Assembly (NCBI GenBank): GCA_910585595.1
Contig: CAJUET010000002.1
Coordinates: forward strand, 135,418-199,417
Origin: an uncultured Christensenella sp.
GTDB lineage: Bacteria > Bacillota > Clostridia > Christensenellales > Borkfalkiaceae
Length of the DNA: 64,000 nt
Direction of reading: 5' to 3'
Shown: positions 30,764 to 40,566 of the stretch, piece after piece
Numbering within the stretch: the first letter of the stretch is position 1
How the letters are laid out: the number at the start of each line of letters is the position of its first letter
Notes under the pieces: generated by a model
Databases searched by the model: none
The model's input: only the letters and a program-made list of their open reading frames with translations
Told to the model about the DNA's origin: nothing
Program-made: the position numbers and the translations under genes

Positions 30764-31819
30764 ATGAAGAAACTTGTTACCACGCTATGTACTCTCGTCT
30801 GCACACTCTGTCTTTTCTCCCTGTTCGCCGCCTGCGAAGACACAGACAAGCAAACGACTCTCAGCTACGACCTCACGGACGAAACCTGCACGGTTTCAGG
30901 TGGTACGGTCGTCGACAAAGAATTGGATATTCCCTCGTCCTATAACGGGCACACCGTAACGGACATAGGGCAATCCGCTTTTAAAGACAACCTCACCGTA
31001 ACAAGCGTAACCATTCCCGACGGCGTAACAAAAATCGGACAGGACGCTTTTTACGGTTGCAGAAACCTTGAAAGCGTAACGATTCCGCAAAGCGTAACTT
31101 CGATCGGTACCTCCGCGTTCTACAACTGCTCAAAGCTGACGAATATCTATTATAAAGGCGACGTTGCGTCCTGGTGCGCCAAGACCGACCTTTCGGGACT
31201 CATGCGCTACGGCAACGCGCAAAAAATCTTACATATCGGCGGCAGTCAGATTTCGGGAACGCTCACCGTTCCAGACGGCGTAACAAAAATAGGCAAAGCC
31301 GCATTCTACCGTTGCAACGGACTGACGGGCGTTTTCTTCCCGAACAGTCTTACGGCTCTCGGCGACTGGGCATTCGCAGAATGTCCGGATCTTTTAAGTG
31401 TCACCGTTTCCGAAAAAGTCACAAGCATCGGCGAAGGCGTTTTCCGCTCCTGTTCGAAATTGGAAAGTGTAACGTACAACGCCACTGCCGTACCGCAATT
31501 CGCGTTTCACCATTGCTACGCGCTTACAAGCGTCGCTCTCGGAATAACAACAAATAAGATTGACGAGAACGCGTTCGCCTTCTGCACCGCGCTCAATCAA
31601 ATCACAATTCCGAACAGCGTAACCAAAATCGGAGCAAATGCGTTTTCCGCCTGTTCCGCGTTGAAAAAGGCGGTTTTCATAACGGCGAACGGTTGGAAAG
31701 TAATAAAAGGAGGCGATAATGATGAAGATAAAGACGTTTCAAAAGATATTACCGATTCCGAAACAGCCGCAAATTATCTCATCAACAATTACGCCGACAA
31801 AGATTGGGAACGCAGTTAA
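30764..31819 (+). CDS. BspA-type leucine-rich-repeat (LRR_5) lipoprotein
   Basis: Start at ATG 30764 (AAGGAG RBS). Lipobox LFAAC. Repeated IP..VT.IG..AF..C..L units. Confidence 0.8.
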   Translation: MKKLVTTLCTLVCTLCLFSLFAACEDTDKQTTLSYDLTDETCTVSGGTVVDKELDIPSSYNGHTVTDIGQSAFKDNLTVTSVTIPDGVTKIGQDAFYGCRNLESVTIPQSVTSIGTSAFYNCSKLTNIYYKGDVASWCAKTDLSGLMRYGNAQKILHIGGSQISGTLTVPDGVTKIGKAAFYRCNGLTGVFFPNSLTALGDWAFAECPDLLSVTVSEKVTSIGEGVFRSCSKLESVTYNATAVPQFAFHHCYALTSVALGITTNKIDENAFAFCTALNQITIPNSVTKIGANAFSACSALKKAVFITANGWKVIKGGDNDEDKDVSKDITDSETAANYLINNYADKDWERS

Positions 31820-31869
31820 AAATAACATTAAAAAACGATATAAAGAAGGACGGAAAATGCCGTCCTTCT

Positions 31870-33114
31870 TTATCTTAAAATCACCAACCTCTTTTTTGCC
31901 CGCGTGATCGCAGTGTACAGCCAGCGCGCGCCGTCGTCGAAAATGCGGCTCTCGTCGAACACGACCACAAAATCGTATTCCGAACCCTGCGCCTTGTGAC
32001 AGGTGACGGCATAGGCGAACTCGAAGCGGCATACGGTATCTTCGCGCCGCACCTTGAAACGTTTCAACATTTCGCGATTATTCTCATACACGAGCGCGCC
32101 GTTCTGTAAAAAACAGGCCTTTCCGCCGTAGCCGTGATAATAGCGCCCCTCGCGGAAAATACCCGTATCGAAGGGCAAGTCCTCTACCTGTTTATCGAGA
32201 AAGTCCGCCTTGAAGTCGAGCTTTGCAAGCCCGTCCTCCCCCTCTTCGACGCCGCAGCATACGCCGATAATGCCGTTTACCAAATGGAACTCCCCTTTGT
32301 CGTCGATGGTTTTGCTCCAATCGTTCAGCGTACAGATCAGTTTTTCGCCGTCCACGGGCAACACCGCCGAAGCGGAAATACCGAGATAGGAACGAATCTC
32401 GCGGTTGATAGTTTCGCGCGTGCGGTTCGTGCCGACGATGATCTGATCCGCCTTTAAAAAGAGCTGCCGCCGCTCCGCAGGGGTCAAAGAGTTTTTGGGG
32501 ATCACCTGCACGCTTTCCCCGTAGCTTCCGTAAGGGAGCGCTTTGCCCGCCCGCGCAAGCGACGCGAGCTTTACGATCGGGTTATCCTTCTCCTGCCGCA
32601 CGATTTGGGTCAGCGTGACGCACGGCATCGTTAAAAGCGTATTCGTGCCCCCGACGGGCGGAAGCTGCGCGGGATCGCCCGAAAACAAACATTTCACCCC
32701 GTAAGACAAAAGATCGCGCAATACCTCGTCCGAGACCATGCTCGTTTCGTCCACGACGATCAATTTGATTTCGGGATCGATCTTTTCCTTTCTTACAAAA
32801 CGCAAAAAGCGCTCGGAGATCACCTCGCCGTTTTCGTCAACTTCGATGTCCTCTTCGCGCGTATAAATTAAAGAATGCACGGTGCCCGCAGGCGTTCCCG
32901 ATCGCAGAAGTACGGAAGCCGCCTTCCCCGTGGGCGCAACGAAAATCGCGCTCTTTCCGGGGGTAAGCCCAAGCGCGCGCACCGCATGATCGATGAGAAA
33001 GGTTTTCCCCGTGCCCGCATATCCGCATAACACGAAAATTTGCGTGCCGAGATTAAAAAACCATTCTTTGATCAGCGCTTCCGCGTCCTGTTGATCGGGA
33101 GTGAGTTCTTCCAT
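31870..33114 (-). CDS. SF1 RecD/Pif1-like DNA helicase
   Basis: GYAGTGKTF Walker A, VVDETSMV, GDPAQLPPV, TCHKAQGSEYD, YTAITRAKKRLVIL. Confidence 0.8.
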   Translation of the reverse strand: MEELTPDQQDAEALIKEWFFNLGTQIFVLCGYAGTGKTFLIDHAVRALGLTPGKSAIFVAPTGKAASVLLRSGTPAGTVHSLIYTREEDIEVDENGEVISERFLRFVRKEKIDPEIKLIVVDETSMVSDEVLRDLLSYGVKCLFSGDPAQLPPVGGTNTLLTMPCVTLTQIVRQEKDNPIVKLASLARAGKALPYGSYGESVQVIPKNSLTPAERRQLFLKADQIIVGTNRTRETINREIRSYLGISASAVLPVDGEKLICTLNDWSKTIDDKGEFHLVNGIIGVCCGVEEGEDGLAKLDFKADFLDKQVEDLPFDTGIFREGRYYHGYGGKACFLQNGALVYENNREMLKRFKVRREDTVCRFEFAYAVTCHKAQGSEYDFVVVFDESRIFDDGARWLYTAITRAKKRLVILR

Positions 33115-33174
33115 ATTTTAATTATAGCATACGGAAGTCCGCTTTGCAAACATTCGTTTTAAAGTTTTTAAATT

Positions 33175-33597
33175 TTATTCGGGAAAAGCAAACTCTGCGT
33201 GTAAGAGCCTTGCGCCCATATTCAGATCAATTAAGATGCTTCCGTCCTTCATGGGAAAAGTGCGCTTTACGGAGCGAAGTCCCGCTTTTGCGGAAAAGGT
33301 AATTTCTTCGCGTTCGGTCAATACCGCGTATTCTCCCGCATAACTGCCCGTCTGCCCCTCCTTCTCTTTGTAAGAAAGCACGAACTTTCCGTCGTAGCCG
33401 AGTTTGAGTTTTACGGACTCGAATTTATCGGTAAAATCTTCGCCGCCGAGCGTAAGTTTTTTAAGTGTGTATTCCCCCGTATAGGGCTTTGAAAGATCGG
33501 GAAGCGAACCCATGTCCTCCACTTTTTCACACGCGCAGAATAAGAAAAGCGCGCACAAAATACCGATCAGACAAACAATCAAAGATTTTTTTCGCAT
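33175..33597 (-). CDS. small lipoprotein, unknown function
   Basis: Start moved to ATG 33597 (MRKKSLIVCLIGILCALFLFCAC lipobox). Confidence 0.55.
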   Translation of the reverse strand: MRKKSLIVCLIGILCALFLFCACEKVEDMGSLPDLSKPYTGEYTLKKLTLGGEDFTDKFESVKLKLGYDGKFVLSYKEKEGQTGSYAGEYAVLTEREEITFSAKAGLRSVKRTFPMKDGSILIDLNMGARLLHAEFAFPE

Positions 33598-33700
33598 ACG
33601 TTCAGTATTGGCGGACGATGGAAAATTATGTATTTTCCCCTTCATTTTCCCGCCCTTGACCGCACACCGAACGCGATGATCTGCCGGTTGTAAGGCAATC

Positions 33701-33732
33701 AAAAAAACGGCTTGACGACAAGCCGTTTTTTT
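33701..33732. terminator. bidirectional terminator hairpin
   Basis: A-run, ACGGCTTG-ACGA-CAAGCCGT stem-loop, T-run. Confidence 0.8.
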
Positions 33733-33742
33733 AATAAACTAT

Positions 33743-34264
33743 TTAGTTGAAGTATCTCTTCAAAAGTCCCTTAAAGCCCGCGCCGTGTCTTGCCTCGTCC
33801 TTTGCCATTTCGTGCACGGTATCGTGGATCGCGTCGTAGCCAAGCTCCTTAGCACGCTTTGCAAGCGCGAGCTTTCCTTCGCAAGCGCCCGTTTCCGCCG
33901 CCGCGCGAAGTTCCAGATTCTTCTTTGTGGAATCGGTTACGACTTCGCCCAAAAGCTCTGCGAATTTGCTTGCGTGTTCCGCCTCTTCGTAAGCGTAACG
34001 TTTATACGCTTCCGCGATCTCGGGATAGCCCTCGCGCTCTGCAACTCTTGCCATTGCAAGATACATACCTACTTCGCAGCACTCGCCCTCGAAATTGGCG
34101 TGAAGTCCGTCCATGACTTCCTTATCTTCGACCTTACCGTCGCCGACATGATGTTCGCAAGCGAACTTGGATTCCTCAACGGGAACAAACTTTTTCGCCT
34201 TGCAAACGGGGCAAACCTCTACGTCGTCCGCGACGACTTCGCCGCATACTGCACATCTTTTCAT
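33743..34264 (-). CDS. reverse-rubrerythrin-type protein (N-terminal rubredoxin-like Cys4, C-terminal diiron ferritin-like domain)
   Basis: CAVCG...CPVCK at the N-terminus. [10 protein letters not shown]...[10 protein letters not shown]...EMAKDEARH diiron ligand helices. Confidence 0.85.
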   Translation of the reverse strand: MKRCAVCGEVVADDVEVCPVCKAKKFVPVEESKFACEHHVGDGKVEDKEVMDGLHANFEGECCEVGMYLAMARVAEREGYPEIAEAYKRYAYEEAEHASKFAELLGEVVTDSTKKNLELRAAAETGACEGKLALAKRAKELGYDAIHDTVHEMAKDEARHGAGFKGLLKRYFN

Positions 34265-34328
34265 AGTAAAATCTCCTTAAATGAAATTACCTGAATTATA
34301 ACACATTTATTTGAAAATTACAAGATAT

Positions 34329-34988
34329 TCAGGTAAAATTTTCCTGTGCGAACAGAATTTTTTCCAGTTCCTCAAAGTCGCTTGCAAAGCGCGTCGCCCC
34401 CGCTTTTTTGAGCTGCTCCTCCGTTCTGTATCCCCACAGCGTGGAAACCCCGAACATACCCGCATTGATCGCCGTCAGCGCGTCCGTTTCGCCGTCGCCG
34501 ACGAACGCGCATTCGCCAACGGGCACGCGCATCGTGAGCGACGCGTACAGCGCAAGCGAAGGATCGGGTTTACAGGGAAACGCTCCGCTTTCGCCGCCTA
34601 CGAATTCGAGCGGATAGCCCTTAAAGAATTTTTCCACGCAGCCGAGCGTTGCGTCCTGCGGTTTGTTTGTAACGATCCCGAATTTTACGCCCCGTTTTAC
34701 TAGCCGATCCAAAAATGCTGTTTCGCCGCCGTAAAGGCAGGTGAGCGAATTGTCGTTTGCGGCGTATCTTTTCGAAAAATCTTCAAACACCTCTTCGGAA
34801 AACCGTTCGCCTGCGGGAAACGCCCTCTCCACGAGCTTTCTTGCCCCGTCGCCGATACAACGCTTTGCCTGTTCCTCGCTGATCGCGGGATAACCGTGCG
34901 CCGTAAGCGCGTCGTTCAGGTGCCGCCGTATGTCGGGCAGCGTGTTGAGTAACGTTCCGTCTAAATCAAATAATATTGCTTTTATCAT
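34329..34988 (-). CDS. HAD-superfamily hydrolase (phosphoglycolate-phosphatase-like)
   Basis: MIKAILFDLDGTLLNT motif I, VTNK motif II, VGDGETD motif IV. Confidence 0.75.
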   Translation of the reverse strand: MIKAILFDLDGTLLNTLPDIRRHLNDALTAHGYPAISEEQAKRCIGDGARKLVERAFPAGERFSEEVFEDFSKRYAANDNSLTCLYGGETAFLDRLVKRGVKFGIVTNKPQDATLGCVEKFFKGYPLEFVGGESGAFPCKPDPSLALYASLTMRVPVGECAFVGDGETDALTAINAGMFGVSTLWGYRTEEQLKKAGATRFASDFEELEKILFAQENFT

Positions 34989-35004
34989 AACCGTTATCCG
35001 TTTT

Positions 35005-36693
35005 TTACATTTTCTCCGGCACGCCGATCCCCAACAGCGTCAATGCGTTTGTAAGCGCAACGAGCGCCGCTTCCGTGAGCCGAAGGCGAAATGCGCGTTC
35101 CTTCTCTTCCGCCTGCAAAATTTTACAGTCGATATAAAACTTATTGAACTTCTGCGCGGCGTCCACGGCAAACCGCGCGATATAGCTCGGCTCGTAATTT
35201 TCCGCCGCCGCCTTTACCGTTTCGGGGAACACCGAAATCGCCTTTACGAGCTCCGCTTCCGAAGCGCAGGGCTCGACAGCTTCTGCCTGCGTTTTGTCGT
35301 ATCCCTCTGCCGCCGCCTTTTCCAAAACCGAACGGGCGCGCGCACAAGTATATTGCACATAGACGCTCGTCTCCCCTTCGAAGGAGAGCGCCTTGTCATA
35401 GGAAAATACGATATCCTTGATTTTATTGTTATAGAGCGCGCCGAACACCACCGCGCCCACGCCCACCTTTTCGGCAACGTCAGCTTTATTTTCAAGCGCG
35501 GGGTTCTTCTCGTCGATTACAGTATACGCCTTTTCCACGCATTTATTGATGACGTCTTCGAGCCAGACGACCTTGCCCTTTCGCGTGGACATCGCCCCGT
35601 CCTCCAAAGAGACCATTCCGTAGGCAACGTGCACCAAATCTTTTGCCCACGCCTTGCCCATAAGTTCCAGCACTTTGAACACCTGCTTGAAGTGCAGATT
35701 CTGCTGATAGGCGACAACATAAAGACATTTATGAAAGTCGTAAGTTTTTTTACGGTATTCCGCCGCCGCCAAGTCGCGGGTCGCGTAGAGCGACGCGCCG
35801 TCCGAACGCAAGATCAAGCAGGGCGGCATATGAAAGGCTTCAAGGTCTACGATCCTTGCGCCCTCGCTCTCTTTTAAAAGTCCCTTCTCGTTCAACTCGT
35901 CGATGACGGGCTGCATTTTATCGGTATAAAACCGTTCGCCCGCGTAGCTGTCGAATTGGATATGCAGTTTTCCGTAAATGGTTTTTACATAGGCAAGCGT
36001 GAGTTCCTTGAACCACTCGAAAAGAGCGTTCGCCTCTTTGTCCCCGCTCTCGATCAGGCGGAAGTACTCGCGCGCTTCCCTCTCCATTTCCTCCGTGGCT
36101 TCGTTGTTGAACTTTACATACAGGTCGTTAATCGCGTGGATACCGCCCTTTTCGACTTCCTCTCTATTGCCCCAATGCTTGTATGCGCAAATAAGCTTGC
36201 CGAACTGCGTTCCGTAATCGCCGAGGTGGTTGATGCCGACCGCCTTATATCCGAGAAAGTTGAAAATGCGATAGAGTGCGCCGCCCAGAACGGTCGTAGA
36301 GAGATGCCCGATATGAAAGGGCTTTGCGATATTGACCGACGAATAGTCGATACAAACCGTTTTCCCCTTTCCCTCGTCGCCCGCGCCGTAATTTTCCCTT
36401 TCGTTGAGAATCCTCTCCAACACGTCTTGGGCAAGTTTTTGCTTATCGATTTTAAAATTAAGATAACCGTTGACTGCCGAAACTTCTTGAATTTCACCCC
36501 CGACGGGAAATATTGTTTTAAGCTCCTCTGCGATCGCGACAGGGCTTTTTCGTAACACCTTTGCAAACTTAAAGCACGGGAGCGCATAATCTCCCATCGA
36601 AGAATCGGGCGGAACGGCAAGGTCCTCTTCGATCTCCTTTACGCTCACGCCGTCGATTTTGAGCCTTTCGGCAATATAATGCTTATAATCCAT
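35005..36693 (-). CDS. argS: arginine--tRNA ligase
   Basis: Start moved to ATG 36693 (MDYKHYIAERL). SSVNIAKPFHIGHL (HIGH) and MSTRKG signature; 562 aa. Confidence 0.9.
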   Translation of the reverse strand: MDYKHYIAERLKIDGVSVKEIEEDLAVPPDSSMGDYALPCFKFAKVLRKSPVAIAEELKTIFPVGGEIQEVSAVNGYLNFKIDKQKLAQDVLERILNERENYGAGDEGKGKTVCIDYSSVNIAKPFHIGHLSTTVLGGALYRIFNFLGYKAVGINHLGDYGTQFGKLICAYKHWGNREEVEKGGIHAINDLYVKFNNEATEEMEREAREYFRLIESGDKEANALFEWFKELTLAYVKTIYGKLHIQFDSYAGERFYTDKMQPVIDELNEKGLLKESEGARIVDLEAFHMPPCLILRSDGASLYATRDLAAAEYRKKTYDFHKCLYVVAYQQNLHFKQVFKVLELMGKAWAKDLVHVAYGMVSLEDGAMSTRKGKVVWLEDVINKCVEKAYTVIDEKNPALENKADVAEKVGVGAVVFGALYNNKIKDIVFSYDKALSFEGETSVYVQYTCARARSVLEKAAAEGYDKTQAEAVEPCASEAELVKAISVFPETVKAAAENYEPSYIARFAVDAAQKFNKFYIDCKILQAEEKERAFRLRLTEAALVALTNALTLLGIGVPEKM

Positions 36694-36819
36694 AACAATG
36701 TACTCCGTTTTTTCCGCAGATAAGTTTAACACATTTTCAAAAAATAGGCAAACGAAAGGCTTGAACATTTTAACAAAATACGCTATAATAATCAAAAAGA
36801 ATCTTTGGAGACAACACAC

Positions 36820-37920
36820 ATGAAACTCGGAGTCGTGGGACTTCCCAACGTAGGAAAATCCACTCTGTTTAATGCGATCACACACGCAGGCGCGGAAGCG
36901 GCGAACTATCCCTTCTGCACCATCGAGCCCAACGTGGGCGTGGTCGCCGTGCCCGACGAGCGGCTTGACAAGCTCGCCGCCCTCTACGACAGTAAAAAAG
37001 TTACCCCCGCCGTCATCGAATTCGTCGATATTGCGGGGCTTGTAAAGGGCGCGAGCCGCGGCGAGGGTTTGGGCAATAAATTCTTATCTCATATCCGCGA
37101 GGTGGACGCGATCGTTCACGTCGTTCGGTGCTTCGAGGACGCGAACGTGACCCATGTCGAAAACTCCGTCGACCCCGTGCGCGACATCGAAACGATCAAC
37201 TTAGAGCTTATTCTCTCCGATCTGGACGCCGTGCAAAAGCGCATAGACAAGACAAAGAGTGCGGCGCGCGGCGGCGCGGATAAAAACGCGGCGGCAGAAT
37301 ACGCCTTCCTCGAAAAACTTTTAAAGCATTTGGAATCCGAACAGCCCGCCTATTCCTATCCCGCAACGGAAGACGAAAAAAACATTCTGGACAATCTGTT
37401 TTTGCTCACGACGAAACCCGTCATCTACTGCGCGAACGTTTCGGAGGAAGATATGGGCAAGGACGAGGACGAAATTCCCCTCGTCGTCAAAGTCAAGGAA
37501 TACGCAAAGGCGCACGGCGCGGCGACGATTGCCGTCTCCGCCAAAACGGAGGAGGAACTTTCGCAAATGGAGGGCGAGGACAAGGAAATGTTCCTCGAAG
37601 AGTTCGGGCTCAAAGAAAGCGGACTCGATAAGCTCGTGCGCGCGTCCTATGCGCTTTTGGGTCTTATTTCCTATCTTACGGCGGGCGAAAAGGAAACGCG
37701 CGCCTGGACGATCAGAAACGGCACGAGAGCGCCGCAGGCGGCAGGAAAAATTCATACCGATTTCGAAAAGGGCTTTATCCGCGCCGAAGTCGTGGAATGG
37801 CAAACGCTTCTCGATTGCAACGGACTCGTGGGCGCGCGCGAAAAAGGCAAGGTCCGCTCCGAGGGCAAGGACTATGTGATGAAAGACGGCGACGTCGTTC
37901 TATTCAGATTCAACGTATAA
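36820..37920 (+). CDS. ychF: ribosome-binding ATPase YchF
   Basis: Start at ATG 36820 (MKLGVVGLPNVGKSTLFNA). TGS-type C-terminus (GKDYVMKDGDVVLFRFNV). Confidence 0.95.
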   Translation: MKLGVVGLPNVGKSTLFNAITHAGAEAANYPFCTIEPNVGVVAVPDERLDKLAALYDSKKVTPAVIEFVDIAGLVKGASRGEGLGNKFLSHIREVDAIVHVVRCFEDANVTHVENSVDPVRDIETINLELILSDLDAVQKRIDKTKSAARGGADKNAAAEYAFLEKLLKHLESEQPAYSYPATEDEKNILDNLFLLTTKPVIYCANVSEEDMGKDEDEIPLVVKVKEYAKAHGAATIAVSAKTEEELSQMEGEDKEMFLEEFGLKESGLDKLVRASYALLGLISYLTAGEKETRAWTIRNGTRAPQAAGKIHTDFEKGFIRAEVVEWQTLLDCNGLVGAREKGKVRSEGKDYVMKDGDVVLFRFNV

Positions 37921-38144
37921 ATACAACGTCATTTCTGACTGCTTACCGTTGTCGGTTAAATATCCTGCGCGGGCATAGAACGGTTGAAGGCCGTTACGAA
38001 ATAAGTTCATTCGGCGATCTCTTCCGCTTTTGCCCATTTGGGCAAAAGCGTTTCGTCCATGATCTTCTGCCACAGTTCGGGATTGTTCATTACGCGACAA
38101 GATTTCCGCTACGCTTTTAGCGCAAATCGAAAGCAAAAACAACG

Positions 38145-38172
38145 AAAAAAAAGAAACCGCAAATGCGATTTC
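38145..38172 (-). terminator. rho-independent terminator after tRNA-Pro
   Basis: On the minus strand, GAAATCGCA-TT-TGCGGTTTC followed by TTTTTTTT. Confidence 0.7.
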
Positions 38173-38201
38173 TTTCTCGGAGTGTTCGTATACCCCTGAT
38201 G

Positions 38202-38278
38202 TGGTTGAGGTGACGTGACTTGAACACGCGACCTCTTGGTCCCTAACCAAGCGCGCTACCAAACTGCGCTACACCTCA
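38202..38278 (-). tRNA. tRNA-Pro with anticodon AGG (A34)
   Basis: Hand-folded 77-nt cloverleaf with encoded CCA: TGAGGTG-TA-GCGC-AGTTTGGTA-GCGC-G-CTTGG-TTAGGGA-CCAAG-AGGTC-GCGTG-TTCAAGT-CACGT-CACCTCA-A-CCA. The architecture closely parallels B. subtilis tRNA-Pro(UGG) except for A at position 34. Confidence 0.85.
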
Positions 38279-38435
38279 ATATGACTCCCAAATACTTTGC
38301 TTTTTAAATCAAAGAGGTCTGCAACCTCTTCTCCAAAGCATATTTTATTATATCTAAAAATCGAACCGTGTCAAGCGATTTCCTATCCGAATTATAAAAT
38401 TTTTGGTTTCGGCTTTCCTATTTATAATTTACCGA

Positions 38436-38469
38436 AAAATTCCGAATCGAATTTTCGATTCGGAATTTT
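38436..38469 (-). terminator. terminator hairpin after the island-proximal LRR gene
   Basis: Perfect palindrome AAAATTCCGAATCGAA / TTCGATTCGGAATTTT with T-run. Confidence 0.7.
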
Positions 38470-38487
38470 ATATTTTAATCTGCAATT

Positions 38488-39687
38488 TTATCTTCTTATG
38501 ATTTCGCAATTTTCAGGGAACGCGCCTTCCGCCACTTCGCAGTCATCCGAGATAACAACGCGTTTAAGACTTTCGCAAAAATGAAACGCTGCTTCGCCGA
38601 TATAATCTACTCCCTGCGGTATTTTGATATCCGAAAGCATTTCACAGCCGTAGAACGTGTGACGTTCTATTTCCGTTACGTCGTCGGGTATTTTTATACT
38701 TTTCAGACTTTTACAATCGGAAAACGCAAATTCGCCTATTTGGCTCACGCTTTCGGGAATTTCCAAACGGTCGAGACTTTTACAGTTCAAAAAAGCGCTT
38801 TTGCCGATTTGCGTTATGCCGTCGGGTAATTTGATCTCGTTCAGATTTTCGCACCAGGCAAACGCATTCTCTCCCATTTGCGTTACGTCAAGCGGAATAT
38901 CTATGCGCGCAACGTTTTTGCAACAGGCAAATGCGTCCTCTCCGATTTGCGTGACGCCGTCGGGAACGGTATACGCTTTAACGTCGCGCCCCTCTGGCAT
39001 TTTTACGATCCGACGCATATCTTTGCTGAACAATACCCCGTCTCTGTCGCAAAAATTCCTGTTGTTTTGATCGACGGTGATCGTTTCAAGGCTGTCGCAG
39101 CAGACGAACGCGCCCCTTCCGATTTGCGTCACGCTGCCCGGTATTTTAATACGCACAAGACTTTTACAGCCGTAAAACGCGCTTTCGCCTATATAAAGCA
39201 CGCTATCGGGAATTTCGACACCTGCAAGATTTTTACAATAGTGAAATGCTCTTTCGCCGATTTGGATGACGGTATCGGGAATTTCCACGTTTTCAAGACC
39301 GGCGCAATAACGGAACGCCCTTTCGCCGATTTGTGTTACGTCATTTGGAATATGATAATTTGCAATATCAGATCCTTCGGGCATCTTGATGATTCGACGC
39401 ATATCCTTGCTGAACAATACCCCGTCTATATCGCAATAATATTTGTTGTTCTCATCAACGTTAATACTTTTCAGACTTTCACAGCCGTTAAAAGCGTTTA
39501 TCGCGATTTGCGTTACGGAAGCAGGTATTTCCAAACTGTTAAGACTGCTGCAACCGCTGAACGCACCTTTATTTAACCGTGTTAGAACACCCATATTTAT
39601 ATAGGGTTGAGGGTTCTCCAAGATTTTGCCTTTCGGGGTGTTGTTGTAGCACAGTTCTCGTAAATGTAAACGGCAAAAAATCATCAC
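38488..39687 (-). CDS. BspA-type leucine-rich-repeat (LRR_5) protein without recognisable signal peptide
   Basis: About 14 units of I.IP..VT.IG..AF..C..L. The first ~30 aa are non-repeat and non-hydrophobic. Confidence 0.75.
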   Translation of the reverse strand: MMIFCRLHLRELCYNNTPKGKILENPQPYINMGVLTRLNKGAFSGCSSLNSLEIPASVTQIAINAFNGCESLKSINVDENNKYYCDIDGVLFSKDMRRIIKMPEGSDIANYHIPNDVTQIGERAFRYCAGLENVEIPDTVIQIGERAFHYCKNLAGVEIPDSVLYIGESAFYGCKSLVRIKIPGSVTQIGRGAFVCCDSLETITVDQNNRNFCDRDGVLFSKDMRRIVKMPEGRDVKAYTVPDGVTQIGEDAFACCKNVARIDIPLDVTQMGENAFAWCENLNEIKLPDGITQIGKSAFLNCKSLDRLEIPESVSQIGEFAFSDCKSLKSIKIPDDVTEIERHTFYGCEMLSDIKIPQGVDYIGEAAFHFCESLKRVVISDDCEVAEGAFPENCEIIRR

Positions 39688-39892
39688 TTAAAATAATAAT
39701 GAAAGAAGTCAGACAGAAATGTTTGGCTTTTTTATTTTGCCTAAAATGCAATGATTTTTTGGTAGCACTCCGAGAACGTAAGCAAGTCGTTTACATTTAC
39801 AGCGTGATTGCAACATTAGCGAGCCTTTGTCCGAACAGTGCTACACTGCCCCTTTGCCGAAAGGCTAATAAAATCTTGGAGGATAAAAAGAA

Positions 39893-40195
39893 ATGAAAAA
39901 AGTAGTTTACTCAATAACAAAGGTAAACAAAGACGAGAAGTTGAAAGGTGTAGGTTATCTGGTTGAAGGTAACTTACTTATCCCCTCTACTTCCAGCAAA
40001 GGTAACGCTTATATAAGAGTATTTGAAGATGTTACCGAAAAATGCAAAGCCGTAAAAGACACGGATAACGAGTTCAAAGGTTACGTTACGGTCGCTTACG
40101 AAAATATCCACGTATTCAATAAAGAGAAAAATCATTACGATACATTGGATTACGTAGAAACAACCTATTATATATGGTTCAAATACATTGATTGA
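39893..40195 (+). CDS. hypothetical protein (100 aa)
   Basis: GGAGGA RBS 8 nt upstream of the ATG. First gene of the block. Confidence 0.6.
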   Translation: MKKVVYSITKVNKDEKLKGVGYLVEGNLLIPSTSSKGNAYIRVFEDVTEKCKAVKDTDNEFKGYVTVAYENIHVFNKEKNHYDTLDYVETTYYIWFKYID

Positions 40196-40206
40196 GGTGC
40201 TTGAAA

Positions 40207-40437
40207 ATGTTTGAATATGATTTCTTTGACGGTGATCACTTTATCACGTTCGATATAGTTGAAATAGATGATGATGACGAAACGGTTACGGTAGCAATAT
40301 CTAATCAAGGTCGTATAACGCACGATACTTTCAATTTATTTGAAGATGAAGCATTAAAAGACATTTGCGAAAATCGTTACTTTGAATTTGGCTTATATCA
40401 AGACAAAATTTACATAAACGATTTTGAGTGCTTATAA
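40207..40437 (+). CDS. hypothetical strongly acidic protein (76 aa)
   Basis: ATG 40207 after GAGGTG RBS. Contains DIVEIDDDDETV and FEDEALKD tracts. Confidence 0.6.
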   Translation: MFEYDFFDGDHFITFDIVEIDDDDETVTVAISNQGRITHDTFNLFEDEALKDICENRYFEFGLYQDKIYINDFECL

Positions 40438-40449
40438 GGGGTATTTCAA

Positions 40450-40566
40450 ATGGACGAAATGACTTACATGGAAATAATGAAGCAAGACTATCCGAAAGAC
40501 TTTGCCGATGATGACGAATTTATATCGGCACTGTTAGATTGGTGCGAAAACAAGGAGGACAGATAA
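40450..40566 (+). CDS. hypothetical small acidic protein (38 aa), below the track cutoff
   Basis: MDEMTYMEIMKQDYPKDFADDDEFISALLDWCENKEDR. Its TAA overlaps the next ATG (ATAATG). Confidence 0.45.
   Translation: MDEMTYMEIMKQDYPKDFADDDEFISALLDWCENKEDR

Noticed and set aside
37900-38262. 120-aa ORF on the minus strand overlapping the tRNA
   Set aside because: It overlaps the tRNA-Pro gene and its terminator and has no RBS or family resemblance, so it is spurious.
39762-39844. Inverted repeat GTAGCACT / AGTGCTAC upstream of the anti-defence block, considered as an oriT or ssDNA-promoter hairpin
   Set aside because: Only 8 bp pair, and hand pairing of the ~67-nt interior finds no further helix. 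That is too weak to call from sequence alone.
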